Below, piece by piece: positions 1 through 9,038 of a stretch of 64,000 nucleotides of DNA (position 1 is its first letter; every line of letters starts with the position of its first letter). Below the pieces are notes generated by a model, which saw only the letters and a program-made list of their open reading frames with translations, was not told the origin of the DNA and did not search any database. The DNA comes from a virus (taxonomy: Duplodnaviria; Caudoviricetes). The stretch is from IMG/VR virus record IMGVR_UViG_3300032250_000449, positions 1 to 64,000 of that record; one strand, 5' to 3'. Position numbers and translations under genes: made by a program.

Positions 1-1544
1 ATCTGGCGCTTACCATTTGGATATACCACAACATGAGCATGATGCCAAGCACTTAGACCCTTGTTATATTCAAGGCGAAGAAGACTTGTAGTGCCTACAG
101 TGTAGTTGCCCTTGTCAATTACAGGAGAATGTGAATGTCCTGTAATTGTCTTCACTGGTAGGTTAGAAAACTGCTTAGACGAACCACGTGAACCATGCAC
201 ACCTACGTCACCATGATTGGATATTTCAATATTCGCAATCTTGTATGAACCATCACGACCAAGAAATACAGTAGGCGACTTTAGCTTGTCTTTAGCAAAA
301 AGCTCGAATGGTTCAGGTACTTCACCCGATTCTTCTCTTGCAAGCAGCATCCTATACCTTAGCTCATGAAAAAGCAAGGCGTTTTCGTAGTCAACATCAG
401 GATTGACAGCATCTAACCAGCGATATAAATGATCATTATGGTTAGCGGCAACAATGATATTGCTAGCAAAATTTGGTGTTGACCTATCAATAAAGTCAAT
501 TGTTTCAAGCATTTCCTTACGCATCGATCCACGTTTATCTGGTGAATGATGCTTCTCATACATCGTGAAGAAACTCTTCTTGTGATGATGACTGATGGCA
601 TACGAATCGAGAATATCGTGACGTACAATCTTCTCTGGCTTCAGAGAAGCAACAATTGAGTCTTGTGCAAAATATGTGGCAGCAAGAACATCTTCATCAG
701 AGAATATAGCGTGTTCATCACCAGTTACAAGACCTAGTGTTTTATCAACGCCTAATGTTACGCCTTCAGGAGTGTAATAACCATTAACATCAAAAAAGCC
801 TTCACCATCAAAATTTAGGTGACGAATAAAGAAATCACCCTCATCATCAATCTCTACTACAGCAGCAGACATTGAATGGTTGAATGCGGCCTTGTAACCC
901 ATCTTAGTTGTGCTATAATGCTTTTCAGTGACTGCACCAGTAGTAGTTACAATCGCTGGATACTTGTCAGCATTACGAGGAAGTGTCTTTAATGCGACCT
1001 GTGGATGCCCGATAATAAGCGAGGCACCCTTTGACATACCATCAACACCTGTCAATGGATTTTCTGTTGTTGCCTGTGTCTTTAGACCGCCAAGAGCACG
1101 AACACTTGCATTTGATATTAAATCAATATTGTTTTCCACAAGATATGGAACAATACTTGCAGGATAATCAACTTCATCACTGTTATTAATCATTGATGGG
1201 TTGCGATAGCGAATGGGAAAGATCACAAGTCGTGCATCACGAAAATCGCAATAAGTCTGAAGTGAGCGCAAAAACTTATCGTTTACTTCTGTGTTATTGA
1301 CAGCACATGTGAATACAAATATTTGTGATTTAAGAAGATCGTTGATAAAAACTTCATCACGAACGTAGTGAAGATCGTCATTAAGAACAAAATCTTCTTC
1401 TTCCACACCAGCATCATTTGTGGTTGTAGGTACTACAAAGGTTTTTTCACAATCTAAACACTTGTAACCTAATCCTTTCTCTTTACCCATGAAGCGCATT
1501 CCTAGCTTCTTTAGGTTATCAGAGTTACATTCTATACAATGCAT
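1..1544 (-). CDS. T5 A1-like metallophosphoesterase/nuclease with N-terminal Zn ribbon (3' end runs off window)
   Basis: Not in ORF track. Manual translation from ATG 1544 (GGAG RBS): MHCIEC..KCLDC, IRYRNP, GHPQVAL, TTGAVT, GDEH, NHNDHLYRWL, HGDVG.HGSRGS, GHSHSP, YPNGKRQ. The frame is consistent to base 1. Confidence 0.75.
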   Translation of the reverse strand, partial: MHCIECNSDNLKKLGMRFMGKEKGLGYKCLDCEKTFVVPTTTNDAGVEEEDFVLNDDLHYVRDEVFINDLLKSQIFVFTCAVNNTEVNDKFLRSLQTYCDFRDARLVIFPIRYRNPSMINNSDEVDYPASIVPYLVENNIDLISNASVRALGGLKTQATTENPLTGVDGMSKGASLIIGHPQVALKTLPRNADKYPAIVTTTGAVTEKHYSTTKMGYKAAFNHSMSAAVVEIDDEGDFFIRHLNFDGEGFFDVNGYYTPEGVTLGVDKTLGLVTGDEHAIFSDEDVLAATYFAQDSIVASLKPEKIVRHDILDSYAISHHHKKSFFTMYEKHHSPDKRGSMRKEMLETIDFIDRSTPNFASNIIVAANHNDHLYRWLDAVNPDVDYENALLFHELRYRMLLAREESGEVPEPFELFAKDKLKSPTVFLGRDGSYKIANIEISNHGDVGVHGSRGSSKQFSNLPVKTITGHSHSPVIDKGNYTVGTTSLLRLEYNKGLSAWHHAHVVVYPNGKRQ

Positions 1545-1559
1545 ATAATCTCCATTTTT

Positions 1560-1567
1560 TATAAATA
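1560..1567 (+). promoter_or_regulatory. T4-type late promoter TATAAATA for endolysin
   Basis: Exact gp55 consensus, 90 nt upstream of endolysin ATG. Confidence 0.75.
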
Positions 1568-1595
1568 GTCGGTTGAAATACTCATCCCATTATCA

Positions 1596-1624
1596 ATTCT
1601 ATATCATATTAAGCGAAAAGTCAA
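1596..1624 (-). promoter_or_regulatory. Sigma70-type promoter for A1-like gene
   Basis: TTGACT-N17-TAGAAT. Confidence 0.65.
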
Positions 1625-1657
1625 TACAAAATGTGATTGACATGAAAGGAATAAAAT

Positions 1658-2281
1658 ATGAATACACTTAATCCATTAGCACAACTTCAACAAAAGTGCG
1701 GCGTCTCAGCAGACGGTGTTTGGGGACCAAATACTTATAGAGCCGCACGTAGCTTCTTTAAACTAACAAATAATCAAGCGGCACATTTTTTTGGTCAATG
1801 TGCACACGAGTCTGGTAATTTGAAAATTTTCAGTGAAAACCTTAATTATTCCGATAAGGGTCTAAATCAAACCTTCAAGAAATATTTTCCAACAATTGAT
1901 TCGACCGCTGGTTATGCACGTAACCCAGAGAAGATTGCCAATAAGGTTTATGCAAGCCGTATGGGTAATGGACCTGAAATCTCCGGTGACGGATGGAAGT
2001 TCCGTGGCCGTGGTGCTATTCAATTAACAGGCAAAGAAAATTATCAAGCATTTTCTAATTATATTGGTCGCCCTGATGTTATGAGCAACCCAGATATTGT
2101 TGCCAGTGAATTGGCTTTTGAATCTGCTCTATGGTTTTTCCATAAAAATGGATTAATATCAATTGCCGATAAAGGTGTTGATGTTAATACTATTACACAA
2201 ATCTCAAAAAGAGTCAATGGTGGAACGCATGGATTGGATGATCGTATCACCAAAACACAACATTTTGCTAAATGGGCATAA
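1658..2281 (+). CDS. Endolysin, glycoside hydrolase family 19, with short N-terminal peptidoglycan-binding motif
   Basis: ADGVWGPNT; AHFFGQCAHESG; FRGRGAIQLTGKENY; VNGGTHGLDDR; AAGGA RBS. Confidence 0.92.
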   Translation: MNTLNPLAQLQQKCGVSADGVWGPNTYRAARSFFKLTNNQAAHFFGQCAHESGNLKIFSENLNYSDKGLNQTFKKYFPTIDSTAGYARNPEKIANKVYASRMGNGPEISGDGWKFRGRGAIQLTGKENYQAFSNYIGRPDVMSNPDIVASELAFESALWFFHKNGLISIADKGVDVNTITQISKRVNGGTHGLDDRITKTQHFAKWA

Positions 2282-2329
2282 TATACCTTACAGGGTATAA
2301 AACAGATATATACCTTACAGGGTATAAAA
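2281..2329. repeat. Two direct copies of 22-bp ATATACCTTACAGGGTATAAAA (internal dyad TATACC-N6-GGTATA)
   Basis: Copies at 2281-2302 and 2308-2329. Confidence 0.9.
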
Positions 2330-2361
2330 AAGGGGGAGTGTTTAGCTCCCCCTTTTCTTTT
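2326..2361. terminator. Bidirectional rho-independent terminator
   Basis: A-run, AGGGGGAG-loop-CTCCCCCT, T-run, between convergent genes. Confidence 0.85.
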
Positions 2362-2485
2362 AGCTTGCGAGGACCATACCATAGATCATAAGAATCATAC
2401 TCAAAATAATAAGCATAATTGTTCGTGAAACACGAATAACATTTGGTGTATCTTTTTCAAAGATATTTTTTAGAAAATTCTTCAT
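2360..2485 (-). CDS. 41-aa single-pass membrane protein
   Basis: MKNFLKNIFEKDTPNVIRVSRTIMLIILSMILMIYGMVLAS; directly follows hsp20 stop. Confidence 0.5.
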   Translation of the reverse strand: MKNFLKNIFEKDTPNVIRVSRTIMLIILSMILMIYGMVLAS

Positions 2486-2486
2486 T

Positions 2487-2942
2487 TCAATTACCTTCTT
2501 TGATTTCGATCTTTACTGACTTCTTTTCCTCTGGAATAAGTGCTTCCAGCACAATCTTGAGAATGCCATTGATCATCTCAGCATTCTTGACTTCCACATT
2601 ATCGGCAAGAGTGAATTTACGTGTGAAGGGACGCATAGCAAGACCCTGATAAAGGACTGTAGGCCAAGTCCAAGTTCCAGCAGAATCTTGTTCAGCTTGC
2701 TCACCTTGATGAATTTGACCCTTGACAATAAGATTGCTTCCATCAAGTTCAATTTCAATGTCCTGTCTAGTAAAACCAGCAACAGCCATTTCAATTGTGT
2801 ACTTGTTTTCATCAATCTTCTTGATGTTGTATGGAGGCCAGTTTTGAATTCCTGACGCCTTAAGTGATTGTTCTGTAGCTTCGTTAAGCTTCTTGACTAG
2901 CGGTTCAAAACCAACAAAAAAACGTTCATGTGCATTAAACAT
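2487..2942 (-). CDS. hsp20: Small heat shock protein Hsp20 (IbpA-like)
   Basis: PPYNI, IEMAVAGF, LYQGLA.RPF.RKFTL, NGILKI alpha-crystallin motifs. Confidence 0.95.
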   Translation of the reverse strand: MFNAHERFFVGFEPLVKKLNEATEQSLKASGIQNWPPYNIKKIDENKYTIEMAVAGFTRQDIEIELDGSNLIVKGQIHQGEQAEQDSAGTWTWPTVLYQGLAMRPFTRKFTLADNVEVKNAEMINGILKIVLEALIPEEKKSVKIEIKEGN

Positions 2943-2950
2943 ATATTATT

Positions 2951-3006
2951 CTCCTATTTAAGCGAGTTTTATTAATGTCACCCATTAGGCGTGACGTTTA
3001 TTTATC
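2951..3006 (-). promoter_or_regulatory. hsp20 leader: late-type promoter GATAAATA, 5' hairpin and ROSE-like SD-occluding hairpin
   Basis: Minus strand GATAAATA..GTCAC-GCCTAATGG-GTGAC..CTCGCTT-AAAT-AGGAG; UCGCU opposite AGGA. Confidence 0.6.
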
Positions 3007-3235
3007 AACGATAATTGCCGTAACGTTTTTCATCACGCTTTTTTTGTGCAAGACGTTCCTTATAGGTGATGAAGCTAATAACTAGTCCAGCACCAAGCAC
3101 AAACATTATAAGAATAAACGGTGCCCATATCATAGATAGCACAATAGAGACTAGCAGAAAACCTACTACACCAAGAGCAGGGATCATAATGTCCCTAATT
3201 GATTGAAAAAATAGTTCCTTATCTTCAAACATCAT
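3005..3235 (-). CDS. Hypothetical membrane protein (2 TM, basic C-tail)
   Basis: Hydrophobic segments; gene packing. Confidence 0.6.
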   Translation of the reverse strand: MMFEDKELFFQSIRDIMIPALGVVGFLLVSIVLSMIWAPFILIMFVLGAGLVISFITYKERLAQKKRDEKRYGNYR

Positions 3236-3419
3236 TAATATCCTTTACATTACGCTTCTTGAACAAATCATAGACAGTCCAGATAACAGTCCATCCAAGA
3301 ACAATAGCCGAAAAACCAAGCGTTCCAAAATGATCACCACTAACAATTAGATTAATAAGAGCACCTAAAGCCGTAGAAATGTATGCTATAGCAAAGTTTT
3401 TCAAAATCAAATTATACAT
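3225..3419 (-). CDS. Hypothetical membrane protein
   Basis: Start re-called at MYNLIL (GGAG RBS); two hydrophobic segments. Confidence 0.55.
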   Translation of the reverse strand: MYNLILKNFAIAYISTALGALINLIVSGDHFGTLGFSAIVLGWTVIWTVYDLFKKRNVKDINDV

Positions 3420-3420
3420 A

Positions 3421-3843
3421 TTAATTCTCCACATATATAAGTTCAACGCCAGATTCTTCAAACATCTGACGAGCAATATTCCAGTTAAACACATCTTGCC
3501 TTGTAGTTGGATATGTCACAACTCTTTTAATCCCTTTTTGAATGATACTCTTTGCACATTCTACACAAGGTTCTAGTGTCACATACAAAGTACATCCATC
3601 TACCATCATGGGAGCATTGTCAAGTGCATTTCTCTCAGCATGTGCCACAAATAGATACTTTGTTGGTCGATCATTATATCGTTCTTCAAGGTCTTCTACA
3701 CCACGAGGAAAGCCATTATAACCAACAGAGACCACACGCTTCTTGTCATCAACAATGACAGACCCTAGCTTTGTGCTAGGGTCTTTTGACCATGTTGCTA
3801 CATGATCACATAGATCAAGAAAACGCTTATTCCAATCAGTCAT
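3421..3843 (-). CDS. cd: dCMP deaminase
   Basis: SKDPST, GYNGFPRG, HAERNA, PCVEC; start MTDWNKR. Confidence 0.93.
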   Translation of the reverse strand: MTDWNKRFLDLCDHVATWSKDPSTKLGSVIVDDKKRVVSVGYNGFPRGVEDLEERYNDRPTKYLFVAHAERNALDNAPMMVDGCTLYVTLEPCVECAKSIIQKGIKRVVTYPTTRQDVFNWNIARQMFEESGVELIYVEN

Positions 3844-4054
3844 TATTTTTAGCCTTGTCTTTTGCAAGAGCAATCTGCATGTGTTTAATTGCAATTGATA
3901 TTAAAAGTCTTTCAAATAGTAAGAAAAGGCTTACCATAAGTGAAAGAGTGAGTATGTTTTTTGATGGTTCCATATTACAGATAGCAACGAGGTAGAATTC
4001 TCGTGCAAATAAGGCCATCAAAAAACATACTATAAGATTATATAAATTTGGCAC
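3836..4054 (-). CDS. Hypothetical membrane protein
   Basis: ORF packing; hydrophobic. Confidence 0.45.
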   Translation of the reverse strand: MPNLYNLIVCFLMALFAREFYLVAICNMEPSKNILTLSLMVSLFLLFERLLISIAIKHMQIALAKDKAKNND

Positions 4055-4056
4055 GA

Positions 4057-4350
4057 TTATTCTATATACCCACGGCTATCCTGATACGGTGCCTTTCTTA
4101 CGTGTCCTAGAACAACATCCTTAAGATAGTCGTCAGCCATTCTCACGATATCTTCGTCAGTTACTTCCATAACGTTTGAAATCTCTTCTCCCATATGAAG
4201 TTGCGAGATTTCACAACAATCAGGGTACTCATCGGGATATTCGCCATCATCTAGGCGCTTCCATTCCTTGATAGCACACTGCTCTGAATCGCCCTCAATA
4301 GCATACCTATTGATATAAGTTGAAATGGTTGTAATTACGTATCTTGGCAT
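4057..4350 (-). CDS. Hypothetical protein (paralog of 13268..13540)
   Basis: MPRY...RY...EISQ.H..E.I....E.TDE pattern shared. Confidence 0.65.
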   Translation of the reverse strand: MPRYVITTISTYINRYAIEGDSEQCAIKEWKRLDDGEYPDEYPDCCEISQLHMGEEISNVMEVTDEDIVRMADDYLKDVVLGHVRKAPYQDSRGYIE

Positions 4351-4501
4351 TCATCATCTCCTAGACATTCGTTGATAAATTTATTTACTGCAATTATATA
4401 TGAGGCACAGATATCCCTAAGTTCTTTATTTGTAGAACCGTTCTCTCTCATATGTGCCAATCCATATGCCAGCATATCTAATGATTCTTCAAAGAACTCA
4501 T

Positions 4502-4738
4502 TCACCATTCTGGTCCAAACGTCTTATCTGTCTTTGTATACACCTGAAACCAATCTACTCCATAAGCAGGACAGATGTGAATCTGTTCTGGAAGATTATT
4601 GATATCACGTTCACCACCTTGACCACAAATGAAGAAGATGTTTCCTAGCTTTTCAGCTAGTACTTCATGGTGAACAATTTCTTTCAAACGACGAAGCTCT
4701 TTCAGTTCGCCTACATAAGCTTCAACTTCGTGATTCAT
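4502..4738 (-). CDS. Hypothetical protein
   Basis: ORF with AAGG RBS in packed minus-strand operon. Confidence 0.6.
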   Translation of the reverse strand: MNHEVEAYVGELKELRRLKEIVHHEVLAEKLGNIFFICGQGGERDINNLPEQIHICPAYGVDWFQVYTKTDKTFGPEW

Positions 4739-4896
4739 TACCTTACAGCCTTTGCTTCACAGTCAATCAAAGCATCGCCTTCAGAATCTGAAATCTTTGT
4801 AAGTCTTTCTACTTCTGCCTTAAGTCTCTCTACTTCCTTTTCGAGTTCCTTGATTTTAGCAGTCATAATCTCTTCTGGATATACAATCTTCATGTT

Positions 4897-5145
4897 TTAT
4901 TCTCCTGTCACTTCACGAAAACGCTTCGTGGTTCCATCGTCATACTGTACCATGATTTCATCATCATTGACAGCAATAATAGCACCATGTTCTCTATTCA
5001 GCATAAGACCGTATGAAACGCCTTCATCAAAATGTTCTGTCATATCACCATGAGAAAAAACATTTTGTTCCTTGTTCCTATCCATTTGAACAATGGTCAA
5101 AAGAGAAATACAAAAACCAATAAAAATACCAAGAATAAAACTCAT
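4897..5145 (-). CDS. Hypothetical protein with N-terminal TM helix
   Basis: ATGA overlap with upstream gene. Confidence 0.6.
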   Translation of the reverse strand: MSFILGIFIGFCISLLTIVQMDRNKEQNVFSHGDMTEHFDEGVSYGLMLNREHGAIIAVNDDEIMVQYDDGTTKRFREVTGE

Positions 5146-5588
5146 TTTACAATCCTTTCAATAACAAACTCTGGACCTTCTACACGAACACGAACAAAAG
5201 GTCCACCACTTGTTCGAAGATAATCACGACCACCATCGATCATGTACTTGTCCTTTTCCACATAATTGTGACGATATCGTGACACAATCACCTCACCATC
5301 ATCAGTCTCAATACCTGTGATAGGATCAGAAAATGCTGATTGTGCGTCTGTAATCCACAGGTTATCATTTTGAAAAAATAATCCAAAATAATTGGAATGA
5401 CCTAGTTCACGATTAGGATTAGGTTGATAGAATACATCCACCGGATTGTCATTCCATGATTCACCGTTAAGACGCTTAGTGCACCAGTAGCCCATATATT
5501 TGGCGCTGTACATATGCTCAGCCTTCTTGATAGCGGCTTCCTTCAGCCAGTATCCATTCTTTGGTGTATTAATAAACATTTCACTCAT
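5142..5588 (-). CDS. Hypothetical phage protein
   Basis: SRYRHNY..MIDGGRDYLR motif; overlap packing. Confidence 0.7.
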   Translation of the reverse strand: MSEMFINTPKNGYWLKEAAIKKAEHMYSAKYMGYWCTKRLNGESWNDNPVDVFYQPNPNRELGHSNYFGLFFQNDNLWITDAQSAFSDPITGIETDDGEVIVSRYRHNYVEKDKYMIDGGRDYLRTSGGPFVRVRVEGPEFVIERIVK

Positions 5589-6330
5589 GACAACAAATCC
5601 TTTAATGCAGAAAAATCACGTTTAAGCTTGACCATATTTTCCTTAGCACCATCTCTCTTTATCATTTCGATAAATTTTTCAAACTGCTTTTTAACATCAG
5701 ACTTATCAAAATCAACCACATAAATGTAGTCGATATCATCATGATAAGCTTTTTCTGTGTAGTAGATACCCTTCTTAGGATTGATCCAATATGTCTCACT
5801 CATCATCCATCTCCAATTCAATAATACCTAATTCGACTAAATGATCAAGAGTATCAGCGGCATTGATCATGAGTCTTGCTGCATTTGACCAACCATCTCC
5901 CCCCACGTTCTTTGCTTGTACACGCAAACGTGAAGAAAGATTCTTGTAGCTATAGCCTTTAAGATTAACCGGGGTCATTACAAATTCCTTAAAATGGTAT
6001 AAATTCTTCAGTGGATAAACCAACAGGAGAAAAAACAGAATAGATACCGCCAAAGGACATGTTACCAATAGCATTCCATGCATCTTCGACAGTATCACAC
6101 TCTGTTCTTTCTGTACCTTTGAAAGAGTGAGTTATCACAATGTAGTTTGGCTTCTTGTCCATCACTTCTCTCTCCTAGCAATCCATGCAGACGCACATCT
6201 GTTCAAAGTTTCTGTGCAATCACCATCTAAACGTAGCAGTCGCTTAATACGGCGAGGGTTCATAGGCACAGAATTTTCATGTGCTGTAGCAGCATACACT
6301 TCACCCAATAGAATAGAAACCATGGATTGT

Positions 6331-6627
6331 CTAGACATTACGAACATCCTTATCCCACTCTACAAATCTAGTATACTTCATAATAGATTGTTTTTTAACA
6401 GCTTCAATGTCTTTTCCTAAAAAGTTGTAAGATAAAAAGAAATCTAATGATGCATAAACATCGCCAATTTCTTCAATAAACTTTTCATTTAGGTCGCCAG
6501 ACCAATGTGCTGTAGAGCCTTCTGAACCGATAATCTTACCGCATACTTGTTGTAGCTCACCAAGCTCTTCAATTAGCTTAGAAAGACCATTCCACTCGTC
6601 AGAACCAATACAATATGGCTTAGTCAT
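6331..6627 (-). CDS. MazG-like nucleotide pyrophosphohydrolase domain protein
   Basis: KLIEELGEL...EEIGDV. Confidence 0.65.
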   Translation of the reverse strand: MTKPYCIGSDEWNGLSKLIEELGELQQVCGKIIGSEGSTAHWSGDLNEKFIEEIGDVYASLDFFLSYNFLGKDIEAVKKQSIMKYTRFVEWDKDVRNV

Positions 6628-6844
6628 TCACATTCTCCAAATAAGGACACCACTTAGGTGTCATTGATGATTCAAACCAATACGACGATATATGTCTTTT
6701 AGGTTCAGCCGTACATCTTGCAGAAGTACCCGAATCACGCTCACCATCTGGATACTCTACCCAATACTGTGTTTCGAGAAACTTACATCCTTTACAGACA
6801 TATTTAACACTGACTACTTTAAATGGACCTTCTTGCATCACCAA
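6620..6844 (-). CDS. Small Cys-rich hypothetical protein
   Basis: CKGC...C...PKWCP. Confidence 0.55.
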   Translation of the reverse strand: MVMQEGPFKVVSVKYVCKGCKFLETQYWVEYPDGERDSGTSARCTAEPKRHISSYWFESSMTPKWCPYLENVND

Positions 6845-7029
6845 CTCCTAATAATTGCTTGACGCTCACAATTAGGACAATCGACCCATTCAGCACCATC
6901 AGGACCACCACCGTAATCAGTACCATGGCAAGACTTAACTTCCCTAAGCGTGTACTCAAGAATGGAAGCACAAGACTTACACGTAATGCGCTTTATTGCA
7001 CTTTCGTCTTTTCCTACTACTTTAACCAT
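6838..7029 (-). CDS. Zn-ribbon hypothetical protein
   Basis: CKSC...CPNC; GGAGG RBS. Confidence 0.65.
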   Translation of the reverse strand: MVKVVGKDESAIKRITCKSCASILEYTLREVKSCHGTDYGGGPDGAEWVDCPNCERQAIIRSW

Positions 7030-7080
7030 AATACCTCCATGTCGCTTCAGTTTTAGCCCTTACATTCCTAAATCCTTCCA

Positions 7081-7737
7081 TCAGCCCGGTCCACTTCCGT
7101 TACCCCAAGCGAACTTAGGGCCTTCATAGCCAGTTGCTTCCCAGCGAGCCTTGATACGAGCTTCGACTTCCTCAAAGGACAGAGGCTCATAGTTAGTGTG
7201 CTCGACAGAAACACACAGGTAGCGAGGATCGATTTCTGATTTACTCTCAGAAATACGTGTTCCATCTTCCTTATATCCAATCACATTACTTGGATCGAAT
7301 ACTTGACGCATAACCTCATTTGCATGAAGATGGCCATGCACGTTTACACGAAAACGATCAGTAACACTGTCAGGATGAAGTGGAATATGGCTCAGAATGA
7401 ACTTATCCACAAACACACGAACACCATACAGACTATCAAAACCAACGTCACGATAGTCAGCATCCTTGAATATATCATGATTACCACGAACCAGACGCTT
7501 CTTACCGTTCAGACGCTTCACATGATGTAGTGACTTCTTATTGATCACAACGTCACCCAACACATAAACTGTGTCGTTCGGTCCAACCTTAGCGTTGTGT
7601 CGTTCAACCATAGTCTCATCCATTTCTTCAGTTGAGGTAAACGGACGCAGGGGCGAACCATCCGGTCGCTTAAACTTAGCCCACGAATTTTCATGACCAA
7701 AGTGCCAATCTGACACCACAAATTTATTTCCAGACAT
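7081..7737 (-). CDS. Calcineurin-like metallophosphoesterase
   Basis: SDWHFGH, LGD, GNHD, SHIP, HGHLH. Confidence 0.9.
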   Translation of the reverse strand: MSGNKFVVSDWHFGHENSWAKFKRPDGSPLRPFTSTEEMDETMVERHNAKVGPNDTVYVLGDVVINKKSLHHVKRLNGKKRLVRGNHDIFKDADYRDVGFDSLYGVRVFVDKFILSHIPLHPDSVTDRFRVNVHGHLHANEVMRQVFDPSNVIGYKEDGTRISESKSEIDPRYLCVSVEHTNYEPLSFEEVEARIKARWEATGYEGPKFAWGNGSGPG

Positions 7738-7751
7738 AACGTCTCCTAGTT

Positions 7752-7759
7752 GATAAATA
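7752..7759 (+). promoter_or_regulatory. Late promoter variant GATAAATA for endonuclease gene
   Basis: One mismatch to TATAAATA, 24 nt before ATG; same variant recurs at 2999, 33444, 61363. Confidence 0.55.
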
Positions 7760-7760
7760 A

Positions 7761-7789
7761 CTTATATACGAAAAGGAATCAAATGTCAA
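7761..7789 (-). promoter_or_regulatory. Sigma70-type promoter for phosphoesterase, overlapping endonuclease start
   Basis: TTGACA-N17(contains GATTC)-TATAAG. Confidence 0.6.
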
Positions 7790-8385
7790 CACCCTACACA
7801 TATTTGATCGGATGGTCTGATCTTGATAAATGGTATTACGGAGTCAGATACAGTAAATCTGCACACCCTGATGATCTTTGGGTAACATATTTTACGTCAT
7901 CTAAATACGTTAAAGATTTCGTGAGTGAGTTTGGCTCACCGGATGTAATTCAAATTCGTAAAATATTCAACAACCCACAAAAAGCTAGAATATGGGAATC
8001 AACAGTATTAAAACGAATTAATGCGGTGGCTTCAGATAAATTCTTGAATAAATCATATTCGGATGGTTCTTTTTGTGCATCACGAGAGCATCTTACAAAA
8101 CTGGCTGAAAATAACCGAGGAAAAACATTGTCTCCTGAGCATCGACAAAAATTAAGTGCTGTTAGAAAGGGAAAGCCCAAATCAGCCAAACATAGTAAAG
8201 CTATAGCTTTATCTTTAACAGGAAAAGTACGCCCAGAAGCAGTACGTCAAAAAATAGGTGATACACGCCGAGCTAGAGGTATCAAATCATCTACATCTCA
8301 TATGAACGAAACTCTGTATCATTGCAAAGCATGTGATAAGACAATGACCAAAGGAAACTTCGTTCGTTGGCACTCGTCTCATTGA
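7783..8385 (+). mobile_element. Free-standing homing endonuclease, GIY-YIG (Seg-like) with NUMOD3 repeats
   Basis: YTY...YYGVR...YFTSS N-domain; GKTLSPEHRQKLS, GKPKSAKH, GKVRPEAVRQKIG repeats; inverted relative to neighbours; AAGGA RBS at ATG 7783. Confidence 0.8.
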
Positions 8386-8539
8386 TTGATTATTCATCCC
8401 CAATTAGGTGTACATTCAAAATAAGCTTGACGATGACCAGCATCCCATGCAGCCTTTGCTACTTGATCAATGAAAGCATTTTCATTCTCAAGATCAGGCT
8501 TGCATCCATATTCTTGTTCAAACCATTCTTCAAAGGTCA

Positions 8540-8983
8540 TTACATCACAGCATTATTAGAATCATATGTGAAATATGGAATGCCGATATCTGCACCAACA
8601 ATCTTGGTCCCACGACTAATCATATCGCCATCTTCATTATAACGACTAGCAATCTTTTCACGACGATCATCAAGATATACAGCTTGAGCAAAATCAGGTC
8701 CAGTAAATTCCTTTACGATTTCTACCACCAGTGGAATGAATTCCACATGATAAAAACATTCCTGAATACGAAGAGACAGCACATTACGATGAGTACGAGC
8801 TTCATCGATGGCAAAAATATTCATGAGACGCTTAAGCATACGCTCTTCGTTACCAGTTGGTTTCTTATCACGACTATATGAATACGTTTCCTTATTGAAA
8901 AACTTATCATTCAGAATAATATCGATGCACTTGGGATTGGGGTGCAGGATAATGGTAATACGTGAAGAATGCTCAATGTTCAT
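8540..8983 (-). CDS. Hypothetical protein
   Basis: ORF with AAGGA RBS. Confidence 0.6.
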   Translation of the reverse strand: MNIEHSSRITIILHPNPKCIDIILNDKFFNKETYSYSRDKKPTGNEERMLKRLMNIFAIDEARTHRNVLSLRIQECFYHVEFIPLVVEIVKEFTGPDFAQAVYLDDRREKIASRYNEDGDMISRGTKIVGADIGIPYFTYDSNNAVM

Positions 8984-9009
8984 AATATAATTCCTTTGTT
9001 TGTAAGTTT

Positions 9010-9038
9010 GTTTTACATCACTTTTATAAAGGAGTCAA
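9010..9038 (-). promoter_or_regulatory. Sigma70-type promoter
   Basis: TTGACT-N17-TAAAAC; GACTC overlaps the -35 box. Confidence 0.45.

Noticed and set aside
2281-2329. Possible mini-CRISPR array
   Set aside because: Only two repeats with a 5-nt gap; no spacers and no cas genes.
2360-3419. Small membrane ORFs as holin or spanin for the endolysin
   Set aside because: They lie on the opposite strand in a different transcription unit, with no lipobox or diagnostic motif; this cannot be supported.
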